64,000 nucleotides of DNA from Clostridia bacterium (lineage in GTDB: Bacteria; Bacillota; Clostridia; Christensenellales; DTU072): NCBI GenBank assembly GCA_035381305.1, contig DAOSYK010000007.1, positions 5,002 through 69,001 on the forward strand, read 5' to 3'. Both the position numbers and the translations under genes were made by a program. Of the stretch, positions 9,393 to 19,910 are shown piece by piece (the first letter of the stretch is position 1; each line of letters starts with the position of its first letter). Below the pieces are notes generated by a model. That model worked only from the letters and a program-made list of their open reading frames with translations, had not been told where the DNA came from and did no database searches.

Positions 9393-12300
9393 ATGTCAAA
9401 AATTTTCCCACTGAATAGCGGTAAACTCCTCGAAGTAAAAAAGGCTGTCCACTCTAACCTGGACACCATGGTTTTTTATGCCCTCGAGAATAACCGCTAT
9501 CATATAGCGAGCGGGCTTGAACGCCCGTTTTTGTATGTGTGCGGCGATATAGTTTCGGCTCAGCATGCTTACGACATATTAAATGAATATTGTGACGGCG
9601 AAGTCATACTCTTCCCCGAAAAAGAGGATGTGCTCATCACCCGTCAGATCCCAAATATACGGGGGATCTTCGAGCATAACCTCTGCCTCTATAAACTGCA
9701 GAATAACCTTGTAAAAGGCGCGGTGATTACGGTCGAATCACTGATGCAGTTGTATCCTCGCGCCGATATTTTTAAGTCCAATACCCTCGTGCTTTCGGTC
9801 AACGATACCTTCGACCTTGCCGCCCTGCCCCAAAAGCTTATTGAGATGGGCTACAAAAGAAAGGACGTCATCGAACGGGAAGGTTCCTTCTCGGTAAGAG
9901 GCGATATCGTCGACTTATACCCTATCGGCGCCGATATGCCCGTGAGGATAGAATTTTTCGGCGACACAATAGAGAAAATAAGAAAGCTAAATCTTGAGAC
10001 CATGCTGGGCACCGAGGAGTCAAACGCAATTGCCGTCTTACCGTCATCCGACATTTTAGTGCCCCGAAATGACGTTAACGGTATCCTAAACGCCATTAAG
10101 CGCGCAAAGAAGAATGTCGACGTAAAGTTCAACGAATTTATAAATTCCGAGTGCGAAAGCTTTGAAATGAGCCCCAGCGACTCGCTTCGCACTTTCTTCA
10201 TTCCCTTTATGCGTAACCTCTTTACACGGGTTTACGACTACCTGATCGAAGACGCCGTCGTCATTTTCGACGACGCGAAGATGATATCCGACAAGTTTCA
10301 GCTTTACCTGAATTCCTTCAACGCCCGCGTCAAAACCCTGGTCGAGAGTGAAAAACTATTGCCTCCCCACGCGTGCGCAGTTCTCTCCCGAGAGGAGATT
10401 TTCGATATACCCTACCCCAAACTGGGCTTTGGGAAGATAACGAGCAACGTCACCATTTTCAACCCGCGGGAAGTCTTAACGGTTAAGTCTCAGCCCATGC
10501 CCAAGTACTATCTTGCGCTCGACGAGTTGTTCGACGACCTGAAGAATTTTGAACTTAACGGATTTAAGATACGGCTTTTTGCCCGCGACGAGCGAGGAGC
10601 TGTCGAACTTCAGAAGCTCCTTACCGACAACATGCTGGCGTTTGACATCGGCGTCGACGACAACGCGCAAGTCGGCATTCTTGTGGGAAATGTCAGCGAA
10701 GGCTTTATATACCCTGCCGAAAAGCTGGTGCTTCTCGGCTACAGGGACTACAGGCGGCAGAGCGTAAGGGCAAAGAGCGAAATTCACAAGCGGCGCACCT
10801 TCACCCTGCCCGAAAAAGGCGACTATGTCGTCCACGAAAAGCACGGTATCGGTATCAGTGAAGGCATACAAAAGGTAGAGACAAGTTCGGGCGTAAAGGA
10901 CTATTACGTCATCCTTTACCGGGACGGCGACAGGCTATACTTACCTGCCGACCAGCTTGACACACTGGAAAAATACAACGGCGCCGACACCCCCACCCTG
11001 CACAAAATCGGCGGCGCGGAGTTTGAGCGCATAAAGAAAAGGGTCAAAGAGAGCGTCAAGGAGATGGCGATTGACCTTCTGGGACTATACCAGTCCCGCC
11101 ACCGTCAGCGCGGCTACGTCTACCCGCCCGATACGCCGTGGCAGGAAGAGATGGAAAACGACTTCGAATATCCCGAGACCGACGACCAGCTTATCGCGAT
11201 AAGCGAAATAAAGCAGGATATGGAAAAGGGCAAGATCATGGACAGGCTGCTGTGCGGCGACGTTGGGTACGGCAAGACCGAGGTAGCCTTACGCGCCATT
11301 TTCAAGACGGTGCTCGAAAACAAACAGGCGGCTATCCTCGCGCCCACAACCATTCTTGCCCAACAGCACTACAACCTCATCTGCGCCCGCTTCAATAAGT
11401 TTAAGCTCAAGACCGACCTTCTTTCAAGGTTCGTTCCGCAAAAAGAGATAAAAGCCGCCCTAAAGCGCATAGATAGCGGGGAAACGCAGATTGTCGTAGG
11501 CACACACAGACTGCTCGGCGAGGATGTCAAATTCCGCGACCTTGGTCTGCTTGTGCTTGATGAAGAACAGCGTTTCGGCGTGGAGCAGAAGGAAAAACTC
11601 AAGGTCTACAGAAACAAAGTAAATATATTGAGCCTTTCGGCTACTCCCATACCGAGGACATTACACATGGCGCTGAGCGGAATACGCGACATATCCACCT
11701 TGGAGACTCCGCCCAAAAACCGTCTGCCGGTAGAGACGTATGTTACAGAATATAACGACAACCTGCTTGTCACTGCGGTAAACAAGGAACTTTCCCGCGG
11801 CGGACAGGTGTTTATACTCTACAACCGCGTGGCGACAATCGACAGCTTTTACAAAAAAGTGCGTTCACTGTTTGACGAGAGCGTAAAAATCATCATGGCG
11901 CACGGGCAGATGCAGGAAGAACTCCTCGAAGACAGAATACGGGAGTTTTACGAAAACAGGGCGCAGGTGCTTGTCAGCACGACGATAATCGAAAACGGAA
12001 TCGATTTGCCCAACGCCAATACCCTGTTTGTTATCGACGCCGACAGGCTGGGCCTTAGCCAGCTGTACCAGCTCCGCGGACGCGTGGGACGAAGCAACGT
12101 CCTTGCCTACGCCTACTTTACCGTGCGGGAAGGCAAAGTGCTGACCGAAAACGCCATAAAACGCCTGGACGCAATCATGAACAACACAGACCTTGGCAGC
12201 GGTTTCAAAATAGCCATGCGCGACTTGGAAATCCGCGGCGCGGGGAACGTGCTCGGGCGGGAGCAGCACGGCCAGATGGAAAAAGTGGGGTATGAAATGT

Positions 12301-12803
12301 ACCTCAGGCTTGTTCAGGAAGGAATCGACGAGATTAAGGGCAAGAAGACGGCCGTTTTACGCGATATCGACATGAACGTCGACGGCGAATTCAGCCTGCC
12401 CGAAGACTATATTCCCGAAAGCCGCGGCCGCGTAAGTTTTTACCGCAGCATAAGCGCGCTGAATACCACCGAGGAAGCCCGCGACTACCGGCTTCAGCTT
12501 GAAAAGACCTATGGAAAGTGTCCGAAAGAAGTCTTAAATATCATAAGGGTCAGCCTTATAAAGAATCTCGCCCGTAAAATCGGCGTGCAACGCGCGGTAG
12601 TCGGCGACAAGGGCGTCGGCTTGTATTTTTACGACAATAACCTCTTTTCCGACGAAAAAATCATGGCGGCGGTCAGCGAGTTTTCGCGCTACGCAGTCCT
12701 CGTTCCGTCCAATCCCCCCTCCGTTGTATTCAACGGCAAGGGGATGGCGCAGTCGGGCCGCATAAGGATGGTGCTGGAGTTTTTAAGAAAAAGCGCAGAG
12801 TGA
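9393..12803 (+). CDS. mfd: transcription-repair coupling factor Mfd
   Basis: 1,136 aa. Contains an RNAP-interaction/CarD-like segment ([12 protein letters not shown]), Walker [12 protein letters not shown], the DEEQRFG box and a TRG motif region. Confidence 0.95.
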   Translation: MSKIFPLNSGKLLEVKKAVHSNLDTMVFYALENNRYHIASGLERPFLYVCGDIVSAQHAYDILNEYCDGEVILFPEKEDVLITRQIPNIRGIFEHNLCLYKLQNNLVKGAVITVESLMQLYPRADIFKSNTLVLSVNDTFDLAALPQKLIEMGYKRKDVIEREGSFSVRGDIVDLYPIGADMPVRIEFFGDTIEKIRKLNLETMLGTEESNAIAVLPSSDILVPRNDVNGILNAIKRAKKNVDVKFNEFINSECESFEMSPSDSLRTFFIPFMRNLFTRVYDYLIEDAVVIFDDAKMISDKFQLYLNSFNARVKTLVESEKLLPPHACAVLSREEIFDIPYPKLGFGKITSNVTIFNPREVLTVKSQPMPKYYLALDELFDDLKNFELNGFKIRLFARDERGAVELQKLLTDNMLAFDIGVDDNAQVGILVGNVSEGFIYPAEKLVLLGYRDYRRQSVRAKSEIHKRRTFTLPEKGDYVVHEKHGIGISEGIQKVETSSGVKDYYVILYRDGDRLYLPADQLDTLEKYNGADTPTLHKIGGAEFERIKKRVKESVKEMAIDLLGLYQSRHRQRGYVYPPDTPWQEEMENDFEYPETDDQLIAISEIKQDMEKGKIMDRLLCGDVGYGKTEVALRAIFKTVLENKQAAILAPTTILAQQHYNLICARFNKFKLKTDLLSRFVPQKEIKAALKRIDSGETQIVVGTHRLLGEDVKFRDLGLLVLDEEQRFGVEQKEKLKVYRNKVNILSLSATPIPRTLHMALSGIRDISTLETPPKNRLPVETYVTEYNDNLLVTAVNKELSRGGQVFILYNRVATIDSFYKKVRSLFDESVKIIMAHGQMQEELLEDRIREFYENRAQVLVSTTIIENGIDLPNANTLFVIDADRLGLSQLYQLRGRVGRSNVLAYAYFTVREGKVLTENAIKRLDAIMNNTDLGSGFKIAMRDLEIRGAGNVLGREQHGQMEKVGYEMYLRLVQEGIDEIKGKKTAVLRDIDMNVDGEFSLPEDYIPESRGRVSFYRSISALNTTEEARDYRLQLEKTYGKCPKEVLNIIRVSLIKNLARKIGVQRAVVGDKGVGLYFYDNNLFSDEKIMAAVSEFSRYAVLVPSNPPSVVFNGKGMAQSGRIRMVLEFLRKSAE

Positions 12804-12819
12804 ATAAATAAAAAATCCC

Positions 12820-12848
12820 TTGCGAAGTAGGGTAATATATAGTATAAT
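12820..12848 (+). promoter_or_regulatory. SigA-type promoter candidate for the PrsA-like lipoprotein gene
   Basis: TTGCGA (12820-12825), 17-nt spacer, TATAAT (12843-12848). About 100 nt upstream of the ATG at 12949. Confidence 0.45.
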
Positions 12849-12948
12849 CTATATGATATTTTCGCTTTGTATCAGGTATAATTATATACTTGCGCGAAAG
12901 AATAAAGAAAATTCGGGTTTCACTCGTATACCGTTTAAGGAGTATATA

Positions 12949-15393
12949 ATGAAGAAAACACTGGTTTTGGTATTGTTGTTGGCGATTATTGTGGGCATTC
13001 TGTTTACGGGGTGCACATTTATAAAACAAAACGACGAAAGAGTCGCCAATGCCGTTCTTGCAACCGTCAAATATGATTTTGCCGGAAATGAATATTTCCC
13101 CTCGCAGACCATGACGCTTAGCGTTACACGCAGCGAACTGACAAGTTACATCAACTACATCATCTATCTCTATTCGCAATACGGCTATCTCTATTCGCAA
13201 TACGGCACTCAATACGACCCCAAAGAAATCTTTGAAAGCAGCCTTGACAACCTTATCAGCCAGAAATACCAGATCCTCGAGGGCATGGCATACCTTATGA
13301 AAAACTCCGACGCGACAAGGCGCGCGGCCATGTACTACTTCACCGACGAATACAAGAGCGTTCACGGCGACAAAATAACCCCCGAAGGCCTTCTCACCAT
13401 AGCCGAAAGATACGAGGCCATCGCCTCCACCAACGAAAGCTTTAATACCTCGGTCAAAAACTACATCGACGAATATTACAAAGAAATCCGCGAACTCGAA
13501 ATCTCCACCGTTAAGGAGAATATCTCCGCCCACTACAACGCGGGCTACAAGGTGGATGCCGCCGACCGCGACAGGGACGGCTGGAGCGACGGCGTAAAAT
13601 ACGCATACCGCAACGAGGACGGCACCTACTCCGAGGGACTTTATTTTTCCGAAGTCTCTTCCGACAGAGCGACCCAGGTAGATTATAAGAAAGTTTATCT
13701 CAAGATTATCCTTGTAAAGGAAGGCGCCGAGGACTATATCGCTTACCTTCCCGTAAACGAGGACGCCATCGCGATCATCGACGACGATAAAAACAAGAGC
13801 GACAATCCCCATATCACCAACAAAGTCGCCTCTACAGATTACGAAGAGCCCCAGACAACCACCGAAGAGGTAGTAGACGAGAAGACGCGTAAGAAGACCA
13901 CCAAGGAAGTCACTACCTACAAGACCCATACCGCTGTGGGCTACTTCAAGGTCATCACCCCCCGCACGGCTTTCCCTGAAAGCGAAGATAGCAATCAGAC
14001 CGACGACCATGATAAGCCCGTCGACACCTACAGATACTACACACAGTTTGACCTGAATGACGAAGAGCAGAAAGAGTTTTACGAAAACGGCGCGATTTTC
14101 GCCATCTTCCCCGCAGCAAATGCCGACGACGCCACTAAGGACGCCTACAGGCGATTCAGGGAAGAGAAGAAAAACGCCCTCATCGGCTTTACCGCCGAAA
14201 CCGACCTTTACAACGGTCTCGGGTACTACTACAAGAGCAGTTTTGAGAGCGCGGTATTGAGCGCTGTGCAGGCAGAACTCAAGAGAGCGGCGCTTGCGGG
14301 CAAACCCATTACCGACACCGACCTCAACGCCCAGTATGCCATACTCGCCGCAAAGCAGAAACAGGAATATGACATCCTCGGATACAAGGAACAGGTAGAA
14401 AAGTTTGCCGAAATAATCAAGACCGACCTCTCCTCCTGCTATTATATACCTATCGACGCGTTGATGAACACCACCTACACCTATAAGGACGCCCTCGGCA
14501 ACGAGCAGACCCGTCCCTATGCCACACAGAACATAGACGGCACCTACACCATCGACATGTTCTACATTACCCACGTGCTCTTCAAGTTTGACGACGCGAT
14601 TAAAACCGTTATCGACAGATATATAACCAAAGACCTCACCGACGAGGACGAAATAAAGGCCGCTAAGCTCAACCTCATCCTTTCGGTCGGACTTCTCAAC
14701 ACCAACAAGAGCAACGAAAACTACAACGAGGAGAGCGGCGATACCCTCGAGGAAGCGTACTATGTCATTCTCGACACCGACGGCAATCCCGTGCTCTATG
14801 ACGGAGAAGGCAACAAATTAAGCCTCGAAGACCGTTTCCTTACAGAGAACGTAAAGGACGTGTATGCCGCGCTTGTTGACGAACTCAACGGCGCCGCCGA
14901 CAACGACGAAAGGCTCGGGATATTCAAAAAATACATGACCTGGTACAATGACGACAACGGCTCCATGAAGAGCAAGACTGGCTACCTCATCGCAATGGGC
15001 GACATAGCGCACGGCTATGACGGCGACGACTTCCCCAATGCCGGAAAAGAGCTGTATATCGACTACATCGACAACGACGTATATGACAATGGCTACACCC
15101 GTAACGCTTTCACCTCTTACGGTCTTCACGTCGAAATGATAAGCTTTATGCCCTTCGACCACATCAACATTGTCGACCTCGGCAACGGCGTATGGGCTAT
15201 GGGTCTTGACGCCGACCTCGACCTCGAGGGCACCAATTTCAGAGAGTCCCTCGCCCACAGCGTGGAAGATCAGGTAGCCTCCAAGGCTTATTCCGACTGG
15301 ACTTCCTCTCTTGACAAGGAAGCCGCCAAGAACAATTCCGAAAAAATAACCAAGAAGATAAACAAGCTGGCCAAGAATATCGGAATTAAGTAA
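12949..15393 (+). CDS. large secreted lipoprotein, putative PrsA/SurA-like foldase with a divergent, expanded parvulin-like C-terminal region
   Basis: ATG at 12949 lies after AAGGAG. The signal peptide MKKTLVLVLLLAIIVGILFTGC ends in a lipobox Cys. The post-mfd position is where Clostridia usually carry a PpiC/SurA-type gene. ITHVLFKF (about 14566) and TSYGLHVEMI (about 15115) resemble the two His-containing parvulin strands. The ORF is near certain; the function is tentative. Confidence 0.6.
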   Translation: MKKTLVLVLLLAIIVGILFTGCTFIKQNDERVANAVLATVKYDFAGNEYFPSQTMTLSVTRSELTSYINYIIYLYSQYGYLYSQYGTQYDPKEIFESSLDNLISQKYQILEGMAYLMKNSDATRRAAMYYFTDEYKSVHGDKITPEGLLTIAERYEAIASTNESFNTSVKNYIDEYYKEIRELEISTVKENISAHYNAGYKVDAADRDRDGWSDGVKYAYRNEDGTYSEGLYFSEVSSDRATQVDYKKVYLKIILVKEGAEDYIAYLPVNEDAIAIIDDDKNKSDNPHITNKVASTDYEEPQTTTEEVVDEKTRKKTTKEVTTYKTHTAVGYFKVITPRTAFPESEDSNQTDDHDKPVDTYRYYTQFDLNDEEQKEFYENGAIFAIFPAANADDATKDAYRRFREEKKNALIGFTAETDLYNGLGYYYKSSFESAVLSAVQAELKRAALAGKPITDTDLNAQYAILAAKQKQEYDILGYKEQVEKFAEIIKTDLSSCYYIPIDALMNTTYTYKDALGNEQTRPYATQNIDGTYTIDMFYITHVLFKFDDAIKTVIDRYITKDLTDEDEIKAAKLNLILSVGLLNTNKSNENYNEESGDTLEEAYYVILDTDGNPVLYDGEGNKLSLEDRFLTENVKDVYAALVDELNGAADNDERLGIFKKYMTWYNDDNGSMKSKTGYLIAMGDIAHGYDGDDFPNAGKELYIDYIDNDVYDNGYTRNAFTSYGLHVEMISFMPFDHINIVDLGNGVWAMGLDADLDLEGTNFRESLAHSVEDQVASKAYSDWTSSLDKEAAKNNSEKITKKINKLAKNIGIK
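13165..13206 (+). repeat. perfect 21-bp in-frame tandem duplication (2 copies)
   Basis: tatctctattcgcaatacggc occurs at 13165-13185 and again at 13186-13206, encoding YLYSQYG twice. Confidence 0.9.
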
Positions 15394-15410
15394 TTTCTCA
15401 CAACAATAGC

Positions 15411-15443
15411 AAAAAAGGATGGCATGGTTGCCATCCTTTTTTT
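15411..15443. terminator. bidirectional rho-independent terminator between convergent genes
   Basis: aaaaaaGGATGGCAtggtTGCCATCCtttttt: a 9-10 bp stem flanked by an A-run and a T-run. Confidence 0.7.
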
Positions 15444-15459
15444 ATTTGGTTTATTGTTT

Positions 15460-16284
15460 TTATAACCCTATTTTTGTTGAGGGCGCGGCGCCCGAAATGA
15501 TGTCATTTATAAGGTGCTTGCTGTTTGCGATAAACACCGTGGTGCCGTTCTTTACAGGTTCCTTTATATACTCGAGTTTGGCTCTCGCGCCGTTTGCGCC
15601 CGCGCGGGAGGCTCCGTCGCAATAGTTCTGATAGTGCTCGATGTTGTCGATAAGTTCGTAGACGTCCTTACCCGAGATGTTCCTTACCAAAGTCGCGCTG
15701 TTATTCTTGTCGGTGTAAATACCGTCGGCGCTGGTCATTATGATAAGGTATCTGGGTTTTACAAGAAGGGCTATCTGGCTCGCTGTCTCGTCGTTATCGA
15801 CGCATTCGACGACCTTGGAGTGAATGCTTCTGAGCGCTTTAATTTCCATTTTACGGACTTCCTCGTCACTCACAGGGTCATTGTAGTTGATAATCGGTAT
15901 CGCGCCTTGCGCGGGGCAGCGTAGAAGTATATCGGCAAGGTGCTTTTTCTTGGCCTCGTCGTTGAAGTGGTAGTGCTCGACAAGGATCTGCCTCAGGCTG
16001 AAGCGGCTGTCCATATAGCGACGGTAGTTGTCCATAAGGATACTCTGACCTTGCGCGGCGTAATCGGCTTTAACCTGGTTGACATCGCCCTCAAGTTCGC
16101 TCCCGTTGCGCTTGATGTAGTCCAGCCTGCCGATTTCGGTCGCGCCGCTGGTAATCCACACAACGCCGGGCTTCAATTGCCGCGATATGCGCGAGATTAT
16201 GTTGTAATCTATATCGTCGTGCTCGCCGTTGACAAGCGCCATTGAGCCGACTTTACCCACCAGTTCGATATCGAATTTCGTCAT
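15460..16284 (-). CDS. amino-acid-kinase family protein, glutamate 5-kinase (ProB)-like, no PUA domain
   Basis: GKVGSMAL, ITSGATEIG, AAQGQSILM, IPIINYNDPVS, DNDETASQIA and GANGARAKL line up with the conserved blocks of ProB/AAK-fold kinases. Confidence 0.65.
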   Translation of the reverse strand: MTKFDIELVGKVGSMALVNGEHDDIDYNIISRISRQLKPGVVWITSGATEIGRLDYIKRNGSELEGDVNQVKADYAAQGQSILMDNYRRYMDSRFSLRQILVEHYHFNDEAKKKHLADILLRCPAQGAIPIINYNDPVSDEEVRKMEIKALRSIHSKVVECVDNDETASQIALLVKPRYLIIMTSADGIYTDKNNSATLVRNISGKDVYELIDNIEHYQNYCDGASRAGANGARAKLEYIKEPVKNGTTVFIANSKHLINDIISGAAPSTKIGL

Positions 16285-16370
16285 TGTTTCTCCAAAGAGG
16301 TTGTTTTGCGTTTATTATATATAAATATACCGCATTAGTCAAACAAAAATAGCTTGGGGCGTTTTTTGAC

Positions 16371-16406
16371 AAAAAAAGAGGGCAATCGGTAATTCCGTTT
16401 GCCCTC
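16371..16406 (-). terminator. rho-independent terminator after rny
   Basis: Minus strand reads GAGGGCAAacggaattaccgaTTGCCCTCttttttt, directly downstream of the rny stop. Confidence 0.65.
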
Positions 16407-16432
16407 TGTAATTATTCTTGGCGAATGACGCA

Positions 16433-18028
16433 TTATTTTGCGTATTCCACACTGCGAAGTTCCCTTATGACATTTACTTTTATCTGTCCCGGATACTCCA
16501 GTTCGGATTCCAGCTTCTTCGCTATATCCTTTGCCAAAAATACAGTTTTCGCATCATCTACCTGTTCGGGTTTCACGATTACTCGGATTTCTCTTCCCGC
16601 CTGTATGGCATATGACTGCTCAACTCCTGCGAACGAGTTTGCGAGATTTTCTAGTTTTTCAAGACGCTTTACATAGTTTTCAAGTGATTCTCTCCTTGCT
16701 CCGGGTCTGGCGCCGCTTATGGCGTCGGCGACCTGAACAAGTATCGCTTCCAACGTCGTGGGCTCGATGTCGCCATGGTGGGCGGCTATCGCGTGCACAA
16801 CGTCTTCCTTTTCCTTATACTTTCTGGCAAGATCCACGCCGATTTGTACGTGGGTGCCTTCGTATTCGTGGTCAACCGATTTTCCCAAATCGTGCAGTAA
16901 GCCCGCTCTCTTGCACACCTTGATGTCGGCGCCCAGTTCCTGCGCCATAAGTCCTGCCAGGTAGCAGACTTCAAGGCTGTGCTTTAATACGTTCTGGCCG
17001 TAGCTTGTGCGGAATTTCATGCGGCCAAGGAGCTTCACTATCTCGGGATGAACGCCGAATAGTCCTGCGTCAAACACGGCTTGCTCTCCGGCTTCCTTGA
17101 TCTGGTTGTCGATGTCTTTTCTTACTCTTTCGGCAACCTCTTCTATCCTGCCGGGATGTATTCTGCCGTCGCTTATCAGCTTCTGCAGCGTGAGCCTTGC
17201 AACTTCCCTTCTGACGGGGTCAAAGCCCGTCAAGGTTATTACGTCGGGTGTGTCGTCGATTATTATGTCGACGCCCGTCACGCTCTCGAGGGATTTGATG
17301 TTTCTGCCCATTCTGCCGATGATTCTGCCCTTCATTTCTTCACTGGGCAGTTCCACCACGCTTACCGTAGTCTCGGCGGCATGGTCAACGGCGCATCGCT
17401 GTATCGCCAGCCCCACAATGTTTTTTGCGCGCTTTTCGGCGTCTTCCTTGGCCTTGGATTCGATGTCCTTGACAAGTACCGCCGCATCTTTCTGCGCGTC
17501 TTCGGTAATCTGAGCTATAAGAATTTCCTTTGCTTCGGAAACGGTCAGGTTTGCCACCTTCTCCAACTCTTCCAGCATTTTTTCGTTCTTTTTTCCCAGG
17601 TCATCTTCGAGGGCTTTTAGTTGCTTTTCTTTGTCTTCGATTGCCGCTTTTAACTTTTCGATAGATTCCAGCTTGCTGTCCAGCATGCTCTCTTTCTTGT
17701 CGATGAGGTCTTCCTTCTGGTTGATTCTGGCCTCCTGTTTGGCAATCTCAAGGCGTCTTTGTTTGCTCTCTCGTTCAAACTCGTTACGCAATCTTAATTG
17801 TTCTTCTTTTGCCTCCAGAAGCGCTTCCTTACGCAATGTCTTTGCCTCTAATCTCGCTTCTTCAAGAACTTTTGCGGCTTCGAGCCTGGCATCGCCAATT
17901 CTCTTTTCCACAGCTTTCTTGTATATCAACAGCGCGCTAGCTGCGCCGATACCCAATGAAACTACGATCAGAGGAATAAATATTGCATACAATACGCCAT
18001 TGGAGACGGCAATAAGATTGCTTAACAT
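16433..18028 (-). CDS. rny: ribonuclease Y
   Basis: N-terminal TM helix, a long Lys/Glu coiled-coil, a KH domain ([12 protein letters not shown]) and an HD domain (LLHDLGK). AGGAGG RBS. Confidence 0.95.
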   Translation of the reverse strand: MLSNLIAVSNGVLYAIFIPLIVVSLGIGAASALLIYKKAVEKRIGDARLEAAKVLEEARLEAKTLRKEALLEAKEEQLRLRNEFERESKQRRLEIAKQEARINQKEDLIDKKESMLDSKLESIEKLKAAIEDKEKQLKALEDDLGKKNEKMLEELEKVANLTVSEAKEILIAQITEDAQKDAAVLVKDIESKAKEDAEKRAKNIVGLAIQRCAVDHAAETTVSVVELPSEEMKGRIIGRMGRNIKSLESVTGVDIIIDDTPDVITLTGFDPVRREVARLTLQKLISDGRIHPGRIEEVAERVRKDIDNQIKEAGEQAVFDAGLFGVHPEIVKLLGRMKFRTSYGQNVLKHSLEVCYLAGLMAQELGADIKVCKRAGLLHDLGKSVDHEYEGTHVQIGVDLARKYKEKEDVVHAIAAHHGDIEPTTLEAILVQVADAISGARPGARRESLENYVKRLEKLENLANSFAGVEQSYAIQAGREIRVIVKPEQVDDAKTVFLAKDIAKKLESELEYPGQIKVNVIRELRSVEYAK

Positions 18029-18105
18029 TTTTACCTCCTGTTTAAGTTACTAAAGTTACACGTCGTTATACTGTCCGTTCGCAAAAAACAATATTACGAC
18101 AATTA

Positions 18106-18135
18106 ATTATATAACACTATTTAAGTAAAAGTCAA
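18106..18135 (-). promoter_or_regulatory. SigA-type promoter candidate for rny
   Basis: Minus strand reads TTGACT (18130-18135), 18-nt spacer, TATAAT (18106-18111). Confidence 0.4.
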
Positions 18136-18173
18136 CAACCCATGTTTCAGGGTATTTTCTCTATTGACGTCCC

Positions 18174-19190
18174 TTATGATTTTTTGCTTTTGTCGATGGT
18201 TTTTAAACCCAATTTTTCCCTGATGTTGTTCTCGAGAGTGTCGGCAAGGTCGGGATTTGTGTTTAGGTAGTCAATAGCCTTTTCCCTGCCCTGTCCTATC
18301 CTTTCGCCGTTGTAGCTGAACCAGCTTCCCGTCTTCTGAATAAGTTCGTTTTCCACCGCGAGGTCGAGTATACAGCCGCATTTCGATATTCCTGAGCCGA
18401 AGATTATGTCAAACTCGCAGGTCTTGAACGGCGCCGCCAGCTTGTTCTTTACCACCTTAACCTTTGTGCGCGAGCCGACTACTTCGGTACCTGTTTTTAT
18501 CGCGTCGGCCTTTCTCACGTCAAAACGCATGCTGGCGTAGAACTTCAACGCCTTGCCGCCCGCCGTTGTCTCGGGGTTGCCGAACATGATGCCCACTTTT
18601 TCTCTCAACTGGTTGATGAATACAACGCAGGTGTTGCTCTTCTTGACTATGCCGGTAAGTTTTCTCAATGCCTGGCTCATAAGCCTTGCCTGAAGTCCCA
18701 CGTGGTTGTCGCCCATTTCGCCTTCGATTTCGGCTTTGGGGGTGAGCGCCGCAACGCTGTCGATTACGAGGATGTCGATGCTTCCGCTTTTCACAAGCTC
18801 TTCGGTGATGTTGAGCGCCTGCTCGCCGTCATCGGGCTGGGATACATAGAGGTTTTTAAGGTCAACGCCCAGATTTCCCGCATATATGGGGTCAAGCGCG
18901 TGCTCTGCGTCGATAAACGCCGCAATGCCGCCCATTTTCTGCGCCTCGGCTATCATGTGGAGCGCGAGCGTCGTCTTACCGCTGGACTCGGGTCCGTAAA
19001 TCTCAAGAATTCTACCCCTCGGCACGCCGCCGATTCCCGTAGCCGCGTCAAGCGCAAGGCAGCCTGTGGGGATAATGTCGATATCGACCATCGTCCCTTC
19101 GCCCAGCGCCATGATAGAGCCTTTGCCGAATTCTTTCTCTATCTGGGCTATCGCCGCGCTTAGTGCTTTCTTTTTTTCATCCAAATTCAT
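18174..19190 (-). CDS. recA: recombinase RecA
   Basis: [12 protein letters not shown] Walker [10 protein letters not shown] and the L1/L2 loop regions. Full-length RecA pattern. Confidence 0.97.
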   Translation of the reverse strand: MNLDEKKKALSAAIAQIEKEFGKGSIMALGEGTMVDIDIIPTGCLALDAATGIGGVPRGRILEIYGPESSGKTTLALHMIAEAQKMGGIAAFIDAEHALDPIYAGNLGVDLKNLYVSQPDDGEQALNITEELVKSGSIDILVIDSVAALTPKAEIEGEMGDNHVGLQARLMSQALRKLTGIVKKSNTCVVFINQLREKVGIMFGNPETTAGGKALKFYASMRFDVRKADAIKTGTEVVGSRTKVKVVKNKLAAPFKTCEFDIIFGSGISKCGCILDLAVENELIQKTGSWFSYNGERIGQGREKAIDYLNTNPDLADTLENNIREKLGLKTIDKSKKS

Positions 19191-19232
19191 AATATATCTC
19201 CTTTTTTAGTTCTCTTGTTTTTTATAGAAAGT

Positions 19233-19901
19233 TTAATAGTTTTTCCTCAGAAATTGCAGCGCGTAGAATAAACTTGCGTTTTTCGCGCTTCTTCTTATCT
19301 CGCTTCGCGTGCCCTTGAATATGTTTCTTATCGCGATAGGTTCTTCCAATGACGCTCCGGCTATTCCGATATAAACAAGTCCCACGGGCTTTTCGGGCGT
19401 GCCGCCGTCGGGTCCCGCTATGCCTGTCGTCGATATCGCTATGTCCACTTCGTCGTCGATAAGTCCGTAAGCCATTTCCTTGGCGACCTCGCTGCTCACC
19501 GCTCCGAACTCTGCAAGGGATTCGGGACTTACGCCAAGCCTGTAGATTTTGGATTGGTTGCTGTAGGTTACCACGCCTTCGTAAAAAACCTTGCTCGCGC
19601 CCGACACGTTTACTATGCCGGCGCTTATAAGTCCCCCCGTGCAGCTTTCGGCTACCGCCGCCATAAGGTTGTTTACGGCGAGGAAGTTGACAAAGGTCTC
19701 TTCAAGCGTAATGTCGGCATCGTTGTAGATAATGTCGTCAAGTTCTTCCAGTATATCGTAAAAGTCGTTGTCTTCGATATCGTAAAAGGTGACGACATTG
19801 TCGAGGCAGTCGTTGGCTATCTCGGCTTGGACGTCGGGCTTAACCGACCTTATCCTGTCTTCAACCGCGCTCTTTTCTCCGAAACACCTGATTAGACGCA
19901 T
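19233..19901 (-). CDS. CinA-family protein (PncC-type nicotinamide-nucleotide amidase domain only) with a roughly 65-aa acidic N-terminal extension
   Basis: AESCTGGLISAGIVNVSGASKVFYEGVVTYSNQSK and GIAGPDGGTPEKPVGLVYIG match the CinA C-terminal domain. No MoCF-type N-terminal domain is present. Confidence 0.75.
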   Translation of the reverse strand: MRLIRCFGEKSAVEDRIRSVKPDVQAEIANDCLDNVVTFYDIEDNDFYDILEELDDIIYNDADITLEETFVNFLAVNNLMAAVAESCTGGLISAGIVNVSGASKVFYEGVVTYSNQSKIYRLGVSPESLAEFGAVSSEVAKEMAYGLIDDEVDIAISTTGIAGPDGGTPEKPVGLVYIGIAGASLEEPIAIRNIFKGTRSEIRRSAKNASLFYALQFLRKNY

Positions 19902-19910
19902 ATTTACTCC

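Noticed and set aside
12730-14574. A 614-aa minus-strand ORF lies opposite the PrsA-like gene. Similar antisense ORFs lie opposite ftsK (22257-23390, 377 aa), rny (17081-17620) and recA (18702-19163).
   Set aside because: The two largest show the same codon-aligned antisense effect: 14572-12820 and 23963-22259 are multiples of 3. The sense-strand genes have clear motifs or signal peptides, and the antisense products have none.
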